Counted from the stretch's first letter, positions 10,138-20,296 are shown. The stretch: 64,000 nt of DNA from Ruminococcus albus (GCF_900109655.1 NZ_FOAT01000005.1:1-64000), one strand, 5' to 3'. Numbers and translations: made by a program. The notes: generated by a model from the letters alone, not told the origin.

Positions 10138-10170
10138 ACGATTGCAGAGATGCCTGCACCTCTGCAATCG
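10138..10170 (-). terminator. Hairpin (11-bp perfect stem) with a short U-run between the SPFH and Zn-ribbon genes; possible attenuator
   Basis: cgattgcagag-atgcctgcacc-tctgcaatcg; on the minus strand it is followed by ttttgtat. Confidence 0.4.
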
Positions 10171-10196
10171 TGTATTATTCGGTTAAAATGCGCTTA

Positions 10197-11552
10197 TCAG
10201 TTGGTAGCGTCGTTATCATCGAATACGTCGCCGCACTCGGGGCAGAACTTGGGAGGATTGGAAGGATCCGCAGGAGTCCAGCCACACTTGTCGCACTTGT
10301 ATACCTTAGCGCCTGCGGGCTTGGGTGAGCCGCAGTTCTGGCAGAATTTGCCCTGATTTACTGTACCGCAGGAGCAGGTCCAGCCGTTTTCTGCTGCGGG
10401 TGCGGGCTTGGGTGAACCACAGTTCTGGCAGAATTTGCTTGTATTTGTTGTACCGCATGAGCAAGTCCAGCTATCGCCAGCGGGAGCTGCCGCCTGCTGC
10501 TGTGCTGCCTGCTGCTGACCCATAGCGAAGAGCTGCTGAGCATTCATGCCGCCTGCCTGCTGAGCCATATTAACACCCATAAAGCCAGTCATAGCGCCAG
10601 CTGCATTGCTGCCTGCCGCACGCATAGCGTCGCCCTGAGCTGCAACAAGTCCGCCTGCTGCCATGGTGGGATCAGCGTACATACTCATACGTCTGCCTTC
10701 CATGAAAAGCTTCTGGCTTTCCTGCTGAGCCTGCTTGATCATTTCCTGATCTTCCTTGGGCAGGTTGAGAGCCTTGATAGCAACTTCAACAACTTCGATA
10801 CCCATATTCTTGCCCCAAGTATCAGCAAGAGCGGTATTTACTGCGTTCTTCAGCTCGGTCTTCTTGCCGGGGATCTGGTTGGGTCTGATCTCCATATCCG
10901 AAAGGGTGGAGAATGCGGGAGTCAGCGCGTCGATGAATTCAGCCTTCATTCTGGGCGCGATGGTCTCTCTCTTATATTCAACAGCCTGATTGCCGCAGAT
11001 ATTTGTGTAGAACAGCAGCGGGTCAACGATCTGGAATGTGTACATACCGCTGCACTTGATGGAAACGTCCACATCAAGGCCGATCTTGGAGTCAACAACT
11101 CTGAAAGGTACTACCTCGGGGGTGCCGAAGAGGTTGTTGGAGATCTGCTTTGTATTGAAATAGTATACTCTCTGGTCTTTTCCGGGATCTCCGCCGTAGC
11201 CTATACGCTGACCGATCTGCTTGAATGTCTCCTTGATCTTGGTACCAAGCTTGCCGTCAGCAAACAGTGAAGGTGTACCCAGTTCAAAGGTATATCTGCC
11301 GGGGCGGTTGCAGACTTCGATGATAGCACCGTCTTCAACGATTATCATTGTCTGTCCGTCAGCAACTGCTACACCTGAACCTGCGCTGATGATATTATCA
11401 TTGCCCTTGGTGTTCTGACCTCTGCCTGTAACTACCTTCTGTCCCTTTACCATCAGCACTTCATCGGGAAGTGCCTCGCAGTAAAAATATTCCTTCCACT
11501 GATCTGCCATTGTACCGGCTGCTGCGCCGATGGCTGCCATAATAAGTCCCAT
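10197..11552 (-). CDS. SPFH (stomatin/prohibitin/band-7) domain protein with C-terminal Zn-ribbon repeats (COG4260-like)
   Basis: SPFH-like core followed by an Ala/Gln-rich linker and three Zn-ribbon units (WTCSCGTTNTSKFCQNCG twice, then KCDKCGW...FCPECG). Confidence 0.7.
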   Translation of the reverse strand: MGLIMAAIGAAAGTMADQWKEYFYCEALPDEVLMVKGQKVVTGRGQNTKGNDNIISAGSGVAVADGQTMIIVEDGAIIEVCNRPGRYTFELGTPSLFADGKLGTKIKETFKQIGQRIGYGGDPGKDQRVYYFNTKQISNNLFGTPEVVPFRVVDSKIGLDVDVSIKCSGMYTFQIVDPLLFYTNICGNQAVEYKRETIAPRMKAEFIDALTPAFSTLSDMEIRPNQIPGKKTELKNAVNTALADTWGKNMGIEVVEVAIKALNLPKEDQEMIKQAQQESQKLFMEGRRMSMYADPTMAAGGLVAAQGDAMRAAGSNAAGAMTGFMGVNMAQQAGGMNAQQLFAMGQQQAAQQQAAAPAGDSWTCSCGTTNTSKFCQNCGSPKPAPAAENGWTCSCGTVNQGKFCQNCGSPKPAGAKVYKCDKCGWTPADPSNPPKFCPECGDVFDDNDATN

Positions 11553-11615
11553 AGTAAGACCCTCCTTAAAAAATTGAAAAATAAATTCTATATGATACCA
11601 GTTGTCACGGTATAT

Positions 11616-11945
11616 TTATCTGTGCATATTAATAGTCTTGTAGCCTTTCTGCGAATAGGGGTTCTTGTTCTCCTTAGGTTTTTCGGGGGCATCGGGCTGT
11701 CTGCCTACCCAGTGCAGGAACAGCGTCATCACTAATATGATGAACAGCCAGCCGCCAAGAGCGACCCAGAAATACCACATCGGGAGACCGACCATATAAT
11801 GCAGTACCAGCAGTACCGCACTTACTACTCCGCCCCAGTGGTTCATCAGAAGATTGAACAGAAACGATCTCAAAAAGCGCAACGCTACTTTCACGGTCAT
11901 CCCTCCGTTCATAAAATATACATCAACAGTTGAAAAGCTACACAA
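11616..11945 (-). CDS. Small membrane protein (2 TM), hypothetical
   Basis: 109-aa ORF with two hydrophobic helices; co-oriented between the kinase and SPFH genes. Confidence 0.4.
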   Translation of the reverse strand: MCSFSTVDVYFMNGGMTVKVALRFLRSFLFNLLMNHWGGVVSAVLLVLHYMVGLPMWYFWVALGGWLFIILVMTLFLHWVGRQPDAPEKPKENKNPYSQKGYKTINMHR

Positions 11946-12045
11946 CTTTCTACAATATTATAACATATTTTTTTACTGATTGCAATACCTTTATCTGATT
12001 TTTTTTGGATATATTGACGATTTCTTAATACATCATGAGCAAAAA

Positions 12046-14394
12046 TCAGGGTTCAAGAATGACTTTATTACCGTTTCCGTCAACTACAACAATGTTTTTA
12101 AGACTGCCTCTGCCGAAGCTTCCGGTGGTACGGCAGCTGACTTTTACGGTTCTTTCGCCGTAGGGCGTAAGTATGATATCCGTGGAATCAATGAGGTTGC
12201 CCCTTGCGTTTTCGGAGCCGTTATAATAAATGTATAAATCAGGCCAGAGGAAATCGGAGCCGGAGTTGTATATGTTCAGCTCAACGGTCAGCTTGTTGCC
12301 GTCTATCTCGGCAGATTCCACCGTTACTTCAAGCTCGTCCATATATCCCACATCGTACCAGCCGCTTACCACGCCGTCCCCCAGCATGGGGTCGGTGGAA
12401 GACAGGTAGTAGGAATTTACGTAGCCGTAGGTATTATTATATAAGGTATAGTACCATGCTGAGCTGCCTGTGTACCATATCTGTATTGGGGTGCAGTCGG
12501 GTATGGAAGCCAGAAGCTTGGAACTGGAGGATTTTTCCTCGCGTAGTGCCAGGGTACCGCCGTCGGTATCCACATACATGGTGCCCTTGGAAGTATAGTT
12601 CAGGGCGGTGCCCTCGGTGGCACCGCAGACAGAGCAGGTCTTTGGTTTGGTGAGAGTGGCTTCTTTCCAGGTATGACCCTTTGCCTTGCCCCTTGTTTCA
12701 CCGCAGTTTTCGCAGGTCTCGGGTTCGGTACAGGTAGCGGCTTTCCACTTATGACCGATAGCCTTGCCCTCGGTCTTTTTGCATCTCTCGCAAGTCTTGG
12801 GAGAGGTGCAGGTGGCTTCTTTCCACTTGTGTCCCAGGGCTTCCTGACCTATTAGCCCGCAGACTTCGCAGTACTGGGGCATTTCGCAGTCAGCTTCCTT
12901 CCATGTATGACCCAGAGCTTCACCCTCGGTCTTGCCGCATACAGAGCAGGTCTTTGGGTGAGTGCAGTCAGGCTGCATCCAGGTATGTTCAAGCTTGTCG
13001 CCCTCTTCCAGTCCGCAGACTTTACAGCGTCTGGGGTGGGTGCAGGTAGCTTCCTCAAAATCGTGGTCTGCCAGTTCACCGCGGGTCTTTCCGCAGCGGG
13101 TGCAGGTCTCGGGCTTGGTGCAGGTGGCTGCCTGCCAGTGGTGTATACATATCGTTTTAGTAAAGAAAAGTCCGCCTACGCCAAGTAAAAAGCATATGGT
13201 CAGACCGATGATGAGTGCCGCCCTTTTGGTAGCCTTTGACAGATGCGCAGGCTCTTTCTCCTTTGGCGGGAGCTTTGCGGGAGACTGTTTTTGGCGGCGC
13301 TCGGGTCTTGCGGGGGCGGGGCGGACTATCAGCTCTTCCTCCTCGGAATCTCCCGGACGTATAAAAATGCTGTCGGTCAGTTCAAGGTCGTCCCGCGTGT
13401 CGGGTTCTTCCTCTTTAACAGGGGTAGTTTCGGGGGACTTTGTATCTTCCGTATTATCCGTATTTTCTGTGGTATAGTAGCAGCCTTCCAGTGCCGCAAG
13501 AAATCTCTCGGCATCGGGGATACGGTCTGCGGGGTCGAAAGCACAGCAATCCATCACCAGCTGTTTCAGCTTTTCACTGCCGTTTTTCGGCTTGCCGAAG
13601 TTTTTGCCGCTCAGTCTTGAAAAGATAGCCGCGTCGATGGCGTTGCGGTTATCTCCCTCATTTACCAGCGGCAGACGGTCTTCATTAAGCAGATAATACA
13701 GGGTTATACCAAGAGAATAGATATCCGCGGAAGCGCCGTAATGCTGTTCATTGGGGGTGCGGGCGTTCCAGACCTCGGGTGCCATGAAGGGCTGAGTTCC
13801 CACAAAGGTTGCGAAACTTCCTGCCCTTGTCTGCTTGGCTATGCCGAAATCGCCCAGGTAGAATTCGCCTTTATCGTCAACGTAGATATTATCGGGTTTG
13901 ATATCGCGGTGGAGCATATTTATCTCCTGCATGGAGCGGAGAGCTTCACCTATCTGTGAAGCAAGCTTTGCCACTTGACGTGGGGACATGACTCCCCTGC
14001 TGTTTATGTACTCGGTGAGGGTGGTATAATATTCCATCTGAATGAGCACATCAAAGCCGATAACATCGCCGTCATCGCCGATGATATCGCGGTAGGTATG
14101 GTTTATGCAGTGTACCAGATGTGGCTTATCCCCAAGGCGGTACATATTCTTTATCTCTTCTGCCACCTGCTGTTTGCGCTCAGCCATTTCCTGCTCACGG
14201 CTCTCGCGGGTGGTGGAGACGCTTCTGTCCAGGATAATGGGAAGTACCTTGACCGCGCAGTATCTCACCTGTCCGTAAAGCTCCTGACGGAATTTATATA
14301 CCTTGCCCGAACCACCGCTGCCAAGGTAGGAATCCTTATACCAGTTTTCCCACAGCGGTTCGTAGGCTGAAAGTCTCTCACCTATATCTTTCAT
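12046..14394 (-). CDS. Eukaryotic-like Ser/Thr protein kinase with TM, about 8 tandem Cys-rich extracellular repeats, SH3b-like domain and C-terminal beta domain
   Basis: Kinase motifs HRDIKPDNIYV, DFG, APE; single TM (AALIIGLTICFLLGVGGLFF); repeats of the form GH.WKEATCT.P.TC..CG.TEG.A. Confidence 0.85.
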   Translation of the reverse strand: MKDIGERLSAYEPLWENWYKDSYLGSGGSGKVYKFRQELYGQVRYCAVKVLPIILDRSVSTTRESREQEMAERKQQVAEEIKNMYRLGDKPHLVHCINHTYRDIIGDDGDVIGFDVLIQMEYYTTLTEYINSRGVMSPRQVAKLASQIGEALRSMQEINMLHRDIKPDNIYVDDKGEFYLGDFGIAKQTRAGSFATFVGTQPFMAPEVWNARTPNEQHYGASADIYSLGITLYYLLNEDRLPLVNEGDNRNAIDAAIFSRLSGKNFGKPKNGSEKLKQLVMDCCAFDPADRIPDAERFLAALEGCYYTTENTDNTEDTKSPETTPVKEEEPDTRDDLELTDSIFIRPGDSEEEELIVRPAPARPERRQKQSPAKLPPKEKEPAHLSKATKRAALIIGLTICFLLGVGGLFFTKTICIHHWQAATCTKPETCTRCGKTRGELADHDFEEATCTHPRRCKVCGLEEGDKLEHTWMQPDCTHPKTCSVCGKTEGEALGHTWKEADCEMPQYCEVCGLIGQEALGHKWKEATCTSPKTCERCKKTEGKAIGHKWKAATCTEPETCENCGETRGKAKGHTWKEATLTKPKTCSVCGATEGTALNYTSKGTMYVDTDGGTLALREEKSSSSKLLASIPDCTPIQIWYTGSSAWYYTLYNNTYGYVNSYYLSSTDPMLGDGVVSGWYDVGYMDELEVTVESAEIDGNKLTVELNIYNSGSDFLWPDLYIYYNGSENARGNLIDSTDIILTPYGERTVKVSCRTTGSFGRGSLKNIVVVDGNGNKVILEP
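12600..13150 (-). repeat. Tandem in-frame repeats of about 72 bp encoding the Cys-rich units of the kinase ectodomain
   Basis: Eight consecutive 24-aa units, each with three conserved Cys and a conserved His/Trp. Confidence 0.7.
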
Positions 14395-14825
14395 ATGCTC
14401 ACCCCCTTACTCGATATTTGAAATTATGCTTATCCCGATGACACATCATTCTATAAAACCTTTTGATAGGCAATAGCAATAGTTGGCGGTATTCTTCCCC
14501 CGCCTGCGGCGGGGGAAGAATACATCTCAAATAATTATTCATTATTATCCGGCGTATGAAGTGGTGTGCTAAAGAGATAGCCATATTTGACATTCGTCAT
14601 AGATCATCTTTTTCACCCACATTATATCATAAACTCACATTATTTTCAAGGCTAATAATCAACCTTTCATTTTACTTTCACCCGTTTTGCACATATCGCA
14701 ACTTATACTTGCGGCGGTGCGCGTTTCGGGGGACAAATCTTTCAATTCGGTAACTGCGGTAAGGGAAATTGTAATTGTTTTGAACTCTTTTGTTAAGCTT
14801 ATATATCGTAATCATATATATTATC

Positions 14826-14863
14826 ATATTGACTTTTTTAAAATATTGTATAATATCAAATAA
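14826..14863 (+). promoter_or_regulatory. Putative promoter (TTGACT ... TATAAT) upstream of the LRR pseudogene
   Basis: ttgacttttttaaaatattgtataat. Confidence 0.4.
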
Positions 14864-14894
14864 AATAATCTGTATTATACAGAGAAAGAGGAGT

Positions 14895-16197
14895 ATGAAA
14901 ATGAACAAGAAAATACTATCAATGGTTCTGGCACTTAGTTTAACACTGGGCTAAGCTGCCACGCTCACGCAGGGTGTGTTCACCGATAATGCCTTCGTAA
15001 CTGCTTCAGCTGATGAATCGTATGGACTGTTCGACTATTATGTAAGCAAAGAGTATGGATATGCAATGGTGACAGGATATAGAGGCACAGCCGAAAATGT
15101 CACGATACCCGATAAACTTGGCGGCTATGCTGTACAGTTCATCGGAGAAAAGGCGTTCTACAAAAATGAGAATATTGTCACAGTTAAAATTCCAAGCACT
15201 GTAACTACCATAAAGTATGGTACATTTGCATACTGCAAAAATCTGAAAAAGCTTGACAATCTCAAGAACTGCAGCCGTCTGTGCTTTATCGAAGGGTCCG
15301 CATTCTATGAGTGCGGCAATCTTCAGATGAAGAAAAGTGATTTCCCTTCATCCCTTTATAAAATAGATAGTTTTGCTTTTTACAACTGCCAGAAGCTTGA
15401 AGGCATTGATCTGAGCAACGCCCAGACCATTCAAGGCTCTGCTTTTGATGGCTGTGAATCGCTGTCTTCTATTGAAGCTCCCAAGACAACGGATTACGGT
15501 GCATCAGTTTTCAAAGACTGTAAAAATCTGCAAAACATAACTCTTTCAAAGGATATAAAAACTTTGACAAACAGAATGTTTCAGGGTTGCAGCATGCTTA
15601 AATTTCTATCCCGAATTCAGTAACATCCATTGGCAACTATTGTTTTGAAAACTGTGAAAGCTTCTCACCTATCATAGTCCCTGCGGGTGTTACATACATA
15701 GGAGATTATGCTCTCGGTTGTAAGTATTACAAAACAAGTCAAACTACGAGATATCATTTTACAGTTGATGCTATTTACTGCTATGATATAAACAAGGCAG
15801 TTACTGAGGAATATGTCAAACTGGGCGGAAAGTATCAACTCTTACCTGTTATAGTTATCGACTGCAACCACACCTATGAAGATCATATTTCAAAGAAGGC
15901 GACCTGCACCGAGAAAGGCGAAGTAACACATACCTGTTCAAAGTGCCTTGATAAATATACCACTGAGATACCTGTCCTTGGTCACGACTGGGGTGCATGG
16001 ACAGTAGTCACACCCGCGACCAAAGAGAAAAACGGAACTGAAAAACACACCTGCAGCAGATGCAGCAAGGAGGAAACAAGGTCTGTGGCTTATGCAGGTA
16101 ATGAATATCTGCTTGGTGACGGCAAGATAAACAATACTGACGTCACAAAGGCGGCGGCTCATGTAAAGGGCAAGAATCTTTTGACAAGCAAAAAATA
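14895..16197 (+). pseudogene. Disrupted BspA-type LRR surface protein with C-terminal Cys-rich repeats and a single dockerin-like Ca-binding segment (in-frame TAA in the signal peptide; frameshift near 15600-15625)
   Basis: MKMNKKILSMVLALSLTLG then TAA at 14952-14954, then the same frame continues with LRR units; the frame changes near 15620 and the reading continues to ...[25 protein letters not shown] (dockerin-like loop). Confidence 0.6.
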
Positions 16198-16436
16198 ATT
16201 TCTGTTGAAAAGACAATGAAAGGAGCTTATGCAGAGTGCATAGGCTCCTTTTTAATATTCGGACACAAAGAATTTAATATTATCAACAGTTAAACGAACA
16301 AAATTCTGAAATTTTAGTAAATATTCCTCAATTGGTTATTGCAATTTTGTAAGTAATGTGCTATAATATCCGTAACAGGGACAGAACTTCCCTTACTTGC
16401 TGACGCTAAGCAAGATATACATGGTCACACAAAAAA

Positions 16437-16470
16437 AGCGCTGTCGTTTTCGACAGCGCTTTTGCTTTAT
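16437..16470. terminator. Bidirectional rho-independent terminator (serves oadB on the minus strand)
   Basis: aaaaaaa-gcgctgtcg-ttttcg-cgacagcgc-ttttgc. Confidence 0.8.
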
Positions 16471-16471
16471 C

Positions 16472-17713
16472 TTATTTAACTATCGCAAGCAGTACGCCCG
16501 CAGCAACTGCGGAACCGATAACACCTGCAACGTTAGGACCCATAGCATGCATCAGCAGATAGTTGGTAGGAACTTCTTCCTGACCTACCTTCTGAGAGAT
16601 ACGTGCTGCCATAGGAACGGCGGAAACGCCGGCAGAACCGATCAGAGGATTGATCTTGCCCTTTGTGAGGACATACATCAGCTTACCGAGCAGAAGTCCG
16701 CAAGCGGTACCCAGTGAGAATGCTACTACGCCCAGCAGCATTACCTTGCCGAAGTCAAGGGATATTACCTTATCAGCCTGAGTTGTTGCACCAACGGTAA
16801 CACCCAGGAATATGGTGATAATGTTCATCAGTTCATTCTGTGCGGTCTTTACAAGACGGTCGCAGCAGCCGCTTTCTTTCAGCAGGTTACCGAACATCAG
16901 CATACCTACCAGAGGAGCAGCGGAGGGGATCATCAGAGCGATGATAAGTGTAACCAGTACGGGGAAGATCAGCTTCTCAAGTCTGGAAACAGGTCTCAGC
17001 TGACCCATAACTACTGAACGCTCTTTCTTGGTGGTGAGAGCCCTCATTATAGGAGGCTGAATAATAGGAACCAGCGCCATATAGGTGTAAGCTGCCAGTG
17101 CTATGGTACCAACGGAGCAAGCACTGTGCTTGGTGAGCAGCTGTGAAGATACGTAAATAGATGTAGGACCGTCAGCACCGCCGATGATAGCGATGGATGC
17201 GCAGTCAGCAGCACTCATGTTGAGTACGGCAGCACCTACGAAGGTGAAGAAGATACCGCCCTGTGCAGCAGCACCGAGGAGGAAGCTTCTGGGGGAAGCG
17301 ATCAGCGGACCGAAGTCGGTCATGGCGCCGATGCCGAGGAATATCAGCGGAGGATAGATCTGGAGCTTAACACCCATGTAGAGTATATCCAATAGTCCGC
17401 CGTGTTCAAGTATTCGTTGATAGTCGATGTAGTGGTCATTCACCGTGCCTGCATCTTCTTCAAACTTTTCATAGTATTCCCAAAACTCGGGGTGATACAT
17501 ATCTGCGTTAGGCAGGTTTGTCAGCAGCATACCGAAGGAAATCGGCAGCAGCAGCAGGGGCTCAAAGCCGCGTCCCACAGCGAGATACATGAACACGAAA
17601 GATATAAGTATCATTATGATGTTCTTCCAGCCGCCGTCAGCGAAAAATCCTGCAAAGCCCGATTCCTGTGCCAGCTGAGTCAGAGTGTTCCAAAACGATT
17701 GAATTATAGCCAT
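16472..17713 (-). CDS. oadB: Na+-translocating decarboxylase beta subunit (OadB/GcdB/MmdB family)
   Basis: 413-aa polytopic membrane protein with the family-typical N-terminus MAIIQSFWNTLTQL...GFEPLLLLPISFGMLLTNLP. Confidence 0.8.
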   Translation of the reverse strand: MAIIQSFWNTLTQLAQESGFAGFFADGGWKNIIMILISFVFMYLAVGRGFEPLLLLPISFGMLLTNLPNADMYHPEFWEYYEKFEEDAGTVNDHYIDYQRILEHGGLLDILYMGVKLQIYPPLIFLGIGAMTDFGPLIASPRSFLLGAAAQGGIFFTFVGAAVLNMSAADCASIAIIGGADGPTSIYVSSQLLTKHSACSVGTIALAAYTYMALVPIIQPPIMRALTTKKERSVVMGQLRPVSRLEKLIFPVLVTLIIALMIPSAAPLVGMLMFGNLLKESGCCDRLVKTAQNELMNIITIFLGVTVGATTQADKVISLDFGKVMLLGVVAFSLGTACGLLLGKLMYVLTKGKINPLIGSAGVSAVPMAARISQKVGQEEVPTNYLLMHAMGPNVAGVIGSAVAAGVLLAIVK

Positions 17714-17740
17714 TTTATCAGATCACGTTCCTTTCCAAAG

Positions 17741-18208
17741 CTAAAACGGGCGGGTATTATCCATTATGCCCGCGGCAGACCATGCCGATCTTCTCGGCTT
17801 TGCAGCCTTAACGCCCTTGAGCACGGGCTTTTTGCCGCTGCCCGCATACATTGCGGAAAGGGCACCCATGATGGCTGCAACCACCTCTTCCTCGATACCG
17901 TCCTCAACTGCGGGTGCAGGTGCGGTGGCGGGAGCAGGTGCTGCCTTTACCTCGGTTTCAGCTGCCTTTGCTTTAGCTGCTGCCTCGGCTTCAGCCTTAG
18001 CCTTTGCCTTAGCTTCCGCGCTCTTGTTGATACCCTCGAATATCTTGCCGTAAAGGGACACGAGAACGATCAGGATTATCAGACCGATGAAAACCACGGA
18101 AATACCCGTGATTACTACCGAAACGATAGTTTCCGCACTGAGGTCTGTCCTGTCGGGCGGGATATTGCTGGAAAGCAACTGAGCAAACATGAATCGTAAA
18201 TCACTCAT
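17741..18208 (-). CDS. oadG: Na+-pump decarboxylase gamma subunit (OadG-like)
   Basis: One TM, an Ala/Lys/Glu/Pro-rich linker, and a C-terminal VVAAIMGAL-type motif typical of OadG. Confidence 0.65.
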   Translation of the reverse strand: MSDLRFMFAQLLSSNIPPDRTDLSAETIVSVVITGISVVFIGLIILIVLVSLYGKIFEGINKSAEAKAKAKAEAEAAAKAKAAETEVKAAPAPATAPAPAVEDGIEEEVVAAIMGALSAMYAGSGKKPVLKGVKAAKPRRSAWSAAGIMDNTRPF

Positions 18209-18559
18209 ATAAGAACTCCTCCAAGAATTTATTCAACATACGTATCAATTATACACCACCTGACAGAAAAATACAAGACCTTTTTGGCAAATTTTTATTT
18301 TTTTTAATAATTTTTTCTTACCACGGTAAAACGTCGGTTTGCAGGGGTGAAATTGATGTTCTCGGAGCGGTTTTATGGCGTATCTGCGTTGTGTGCTGTT
18401 CAATCATTGATATATCGGTGTTTTCGGGGCTCGAGTATCTGTTAAACACGAAAAACGCCCTGAGATCTAACGTATTCAGGTGGCGCTTTATGCAAAAGAT
18501 CAGCCCCGAAGCGTTCTCGGAAAGGCTTCGGGGCATTGTGTTTATTTCAATTTGTTCAT

Positions 18560-18859
18560 TTATTGTTCTTCTTTTTTCTTTTTACGATTGCCATAGCTTT
18601 TTACACCTGACACGATGACACTGCTAAACAGAGATGCAGCTATGGCGTAACCGATATTATTTCCGCTGTATTCCTTATGCCTTATGAGAACTTCAATGAT
18701 ATACTTGATGATGGGGAAAATTACTACAAGATAGAGCGTCCACCATAAAAAGTAGGGTACAAACAGTTTGAACCAGTTGGTCTCGGTTTGAAGTTTTTCG
18801 TAATAGTCACGCATTGTATTCATCTCTTTCGTTATGTTTGGAATTCCGGTCTTATCCAA
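18560..18859 (-). CDS. Small membrane protein, hypothetical
   Basis: 99 aa with two hydrophobic helices and a K-rich tail. Confidence 0.35.
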   Translation of the reverse strand: MDKTGIPNITKEMNTMRDYYEKLQTETNWFKLFVPYFLWWTLYLVVIFPIIKYIIEVLIRHKEYSGNNIGYAIAASLFSSVIVSGVKSYGNRKKKKEEQ

Positions 18860-19055
18860 AATATACCAAAGTATACATGGGCTGTCAACAGATATACCAC
18901 GGTATACGAAATTATACGACCGTATACGTTGGTATGATCTCGTAAGTTTTTTCCGCCAATGCTGTCCGATATTACTGCTGAAATGAAAAAGGCACTCGCG
19001 GAAGTGCCTTTTTATTATAAATAATTAATTTTTTTCTCTTTCAATGTCCTTAGGT

Positions 19056-19922
19056 TTATAGCCATAATTTATCTATATATATTTTCGTTCCCTTCAAAGT
19101 ACTTGTGTCAAACTGGAAAATATAGAAGTATTTGGGAATTATCCCATACAAATTCTCCTCATCTCCGTCAATATCAGTGTAAAAATTATCTGTTTGCTCT
19201 ATATAAGCGTCATTATCTAACACGGTAAAGCCAACTTCCTTTATTTCTTCCAATCCCATATCGATAATGCAAGATTTCGCAGTATCATAATCCATTGCAT
19301 ATACTCCGGTAGGATAATAACAAAGACCTTCAGCATCATCTTTAATTGATACACTTGAAACAATGGCATCCTTGATCTGTACTCTCTCATTTTCTTCAGC
19401 ATGGACTTTTCCATAACTTACTTCCAAAGTAATTCTTGTATCAGTTAATGACGGAACAAAAGAATTCTTCTGTTCTTCCGGAGTCAAATATTCATCAAGA
19501 TGTATTTCGGACATATCATACTTATCACCGTATTTTTCGACAAAATCCGCAACTGTGATATAGCCGCCGTTTCTGAATACAGTATCACCTATCTGGATAT
19601 AGCCCGATCTGAATGAAGCATTTTTGATCTCCTCGGTCGCTTCATACTTTATCTCTTCAACAACGGGTTCTGCTTCGGATTCTGCTGCGGCTGCTGCTGA
19701 CTCTGCCGCTTCCTGCTTTTCCTTTTCAAGTTCCTCGGCGGTGTCCTTTTCAAGCTTATCAAGAGCCGCATCAAGGTCTTCTTCCTTAATATCGTCTGCG
19801 GAAGCACTTTTTGATGTTTCATTTACCGCCTTATCGGTATCACTGTCACCGCAGGCTGTCATTGCGGCTGCGCAAAAGCAAAGCGCGAAGACTAACGCTG
19901 TTATTCTTGTTAATTTTCTCAT
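19056..19922 (-). CDS. Lipoprotein, hypothetical (acidic Ala/Glu-rich linker plus C-terminal domain)
   Basis: Signal peptide with lipobox AMTAC. Confidence 0.55.
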   Translation of the reverse strand: MRKLTRITALVFALCFCAAAMTACGDSDTDKAVNETSKSASADDIKEEDLDAALDKLEKDTAEELEKEKQEAAESAAAAAESEAEPVVEEIKYEATEEIKNASFRSGYIQIGDTVFRNGGYITVADFVEKYGDKYDMSEIHLDEYLTPEEQKNSFVPSLTDTRITLEVSYGKVHAEENERVQIKDAIVSSVSIKDDAEGLCYYPTGVYAMDYDTAKSCIIDMGLEEIKEVGFTVLDNDAYIEQTDNFYTDIDGDEENLYGIIPKYFYIFQFDTSTLKGTKIYIDKLWL

Positions 19923-20296
19923 ATATACTAATGTCCTCCTAATAAATTAAATCATTTAATTATAACTGTTGAATGTGTCAGAAATATGTGTGTTATGTGA
20001 TAGCGACTTGAAATGGAAATCATTTGCCTGCGTATGCGGTGGCATACGACGGTACGTATTGGGATATCATGGCATGGGTTCGTATAATGTTAGAAATTGT
20101 TTGCGGGGCGGGTCTGCATTTGGCGGGATATGTGGTGTTAGTCCTTACGTCGGAGGGGCGGTCACTTTACGGAAAAAGGCATATGAGAGATTTTTGTTTC
20201 TCGGTATCTTTACTTTTGCATTTACATATGGTATAATAAACTTGTATATGAAAGTCAGCAAAGGCTGATTTTGGTGAGTTTTACGGGGTGAGTATA

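Noticed and set aside
12204-13628. Several 60-170-aa plus-strand ORFs
   Set aside because: They are antisense to the Ser/Thr kinase gene, Arg/Ser-rich low-complexity translations of its repeat region.
14399-14593. 64-aa minus-strand ORF
   Set aside because: It lies in the AT-rich intergenic region between the kinase gene and the LRR pseudogene promoter, and has no RBS.
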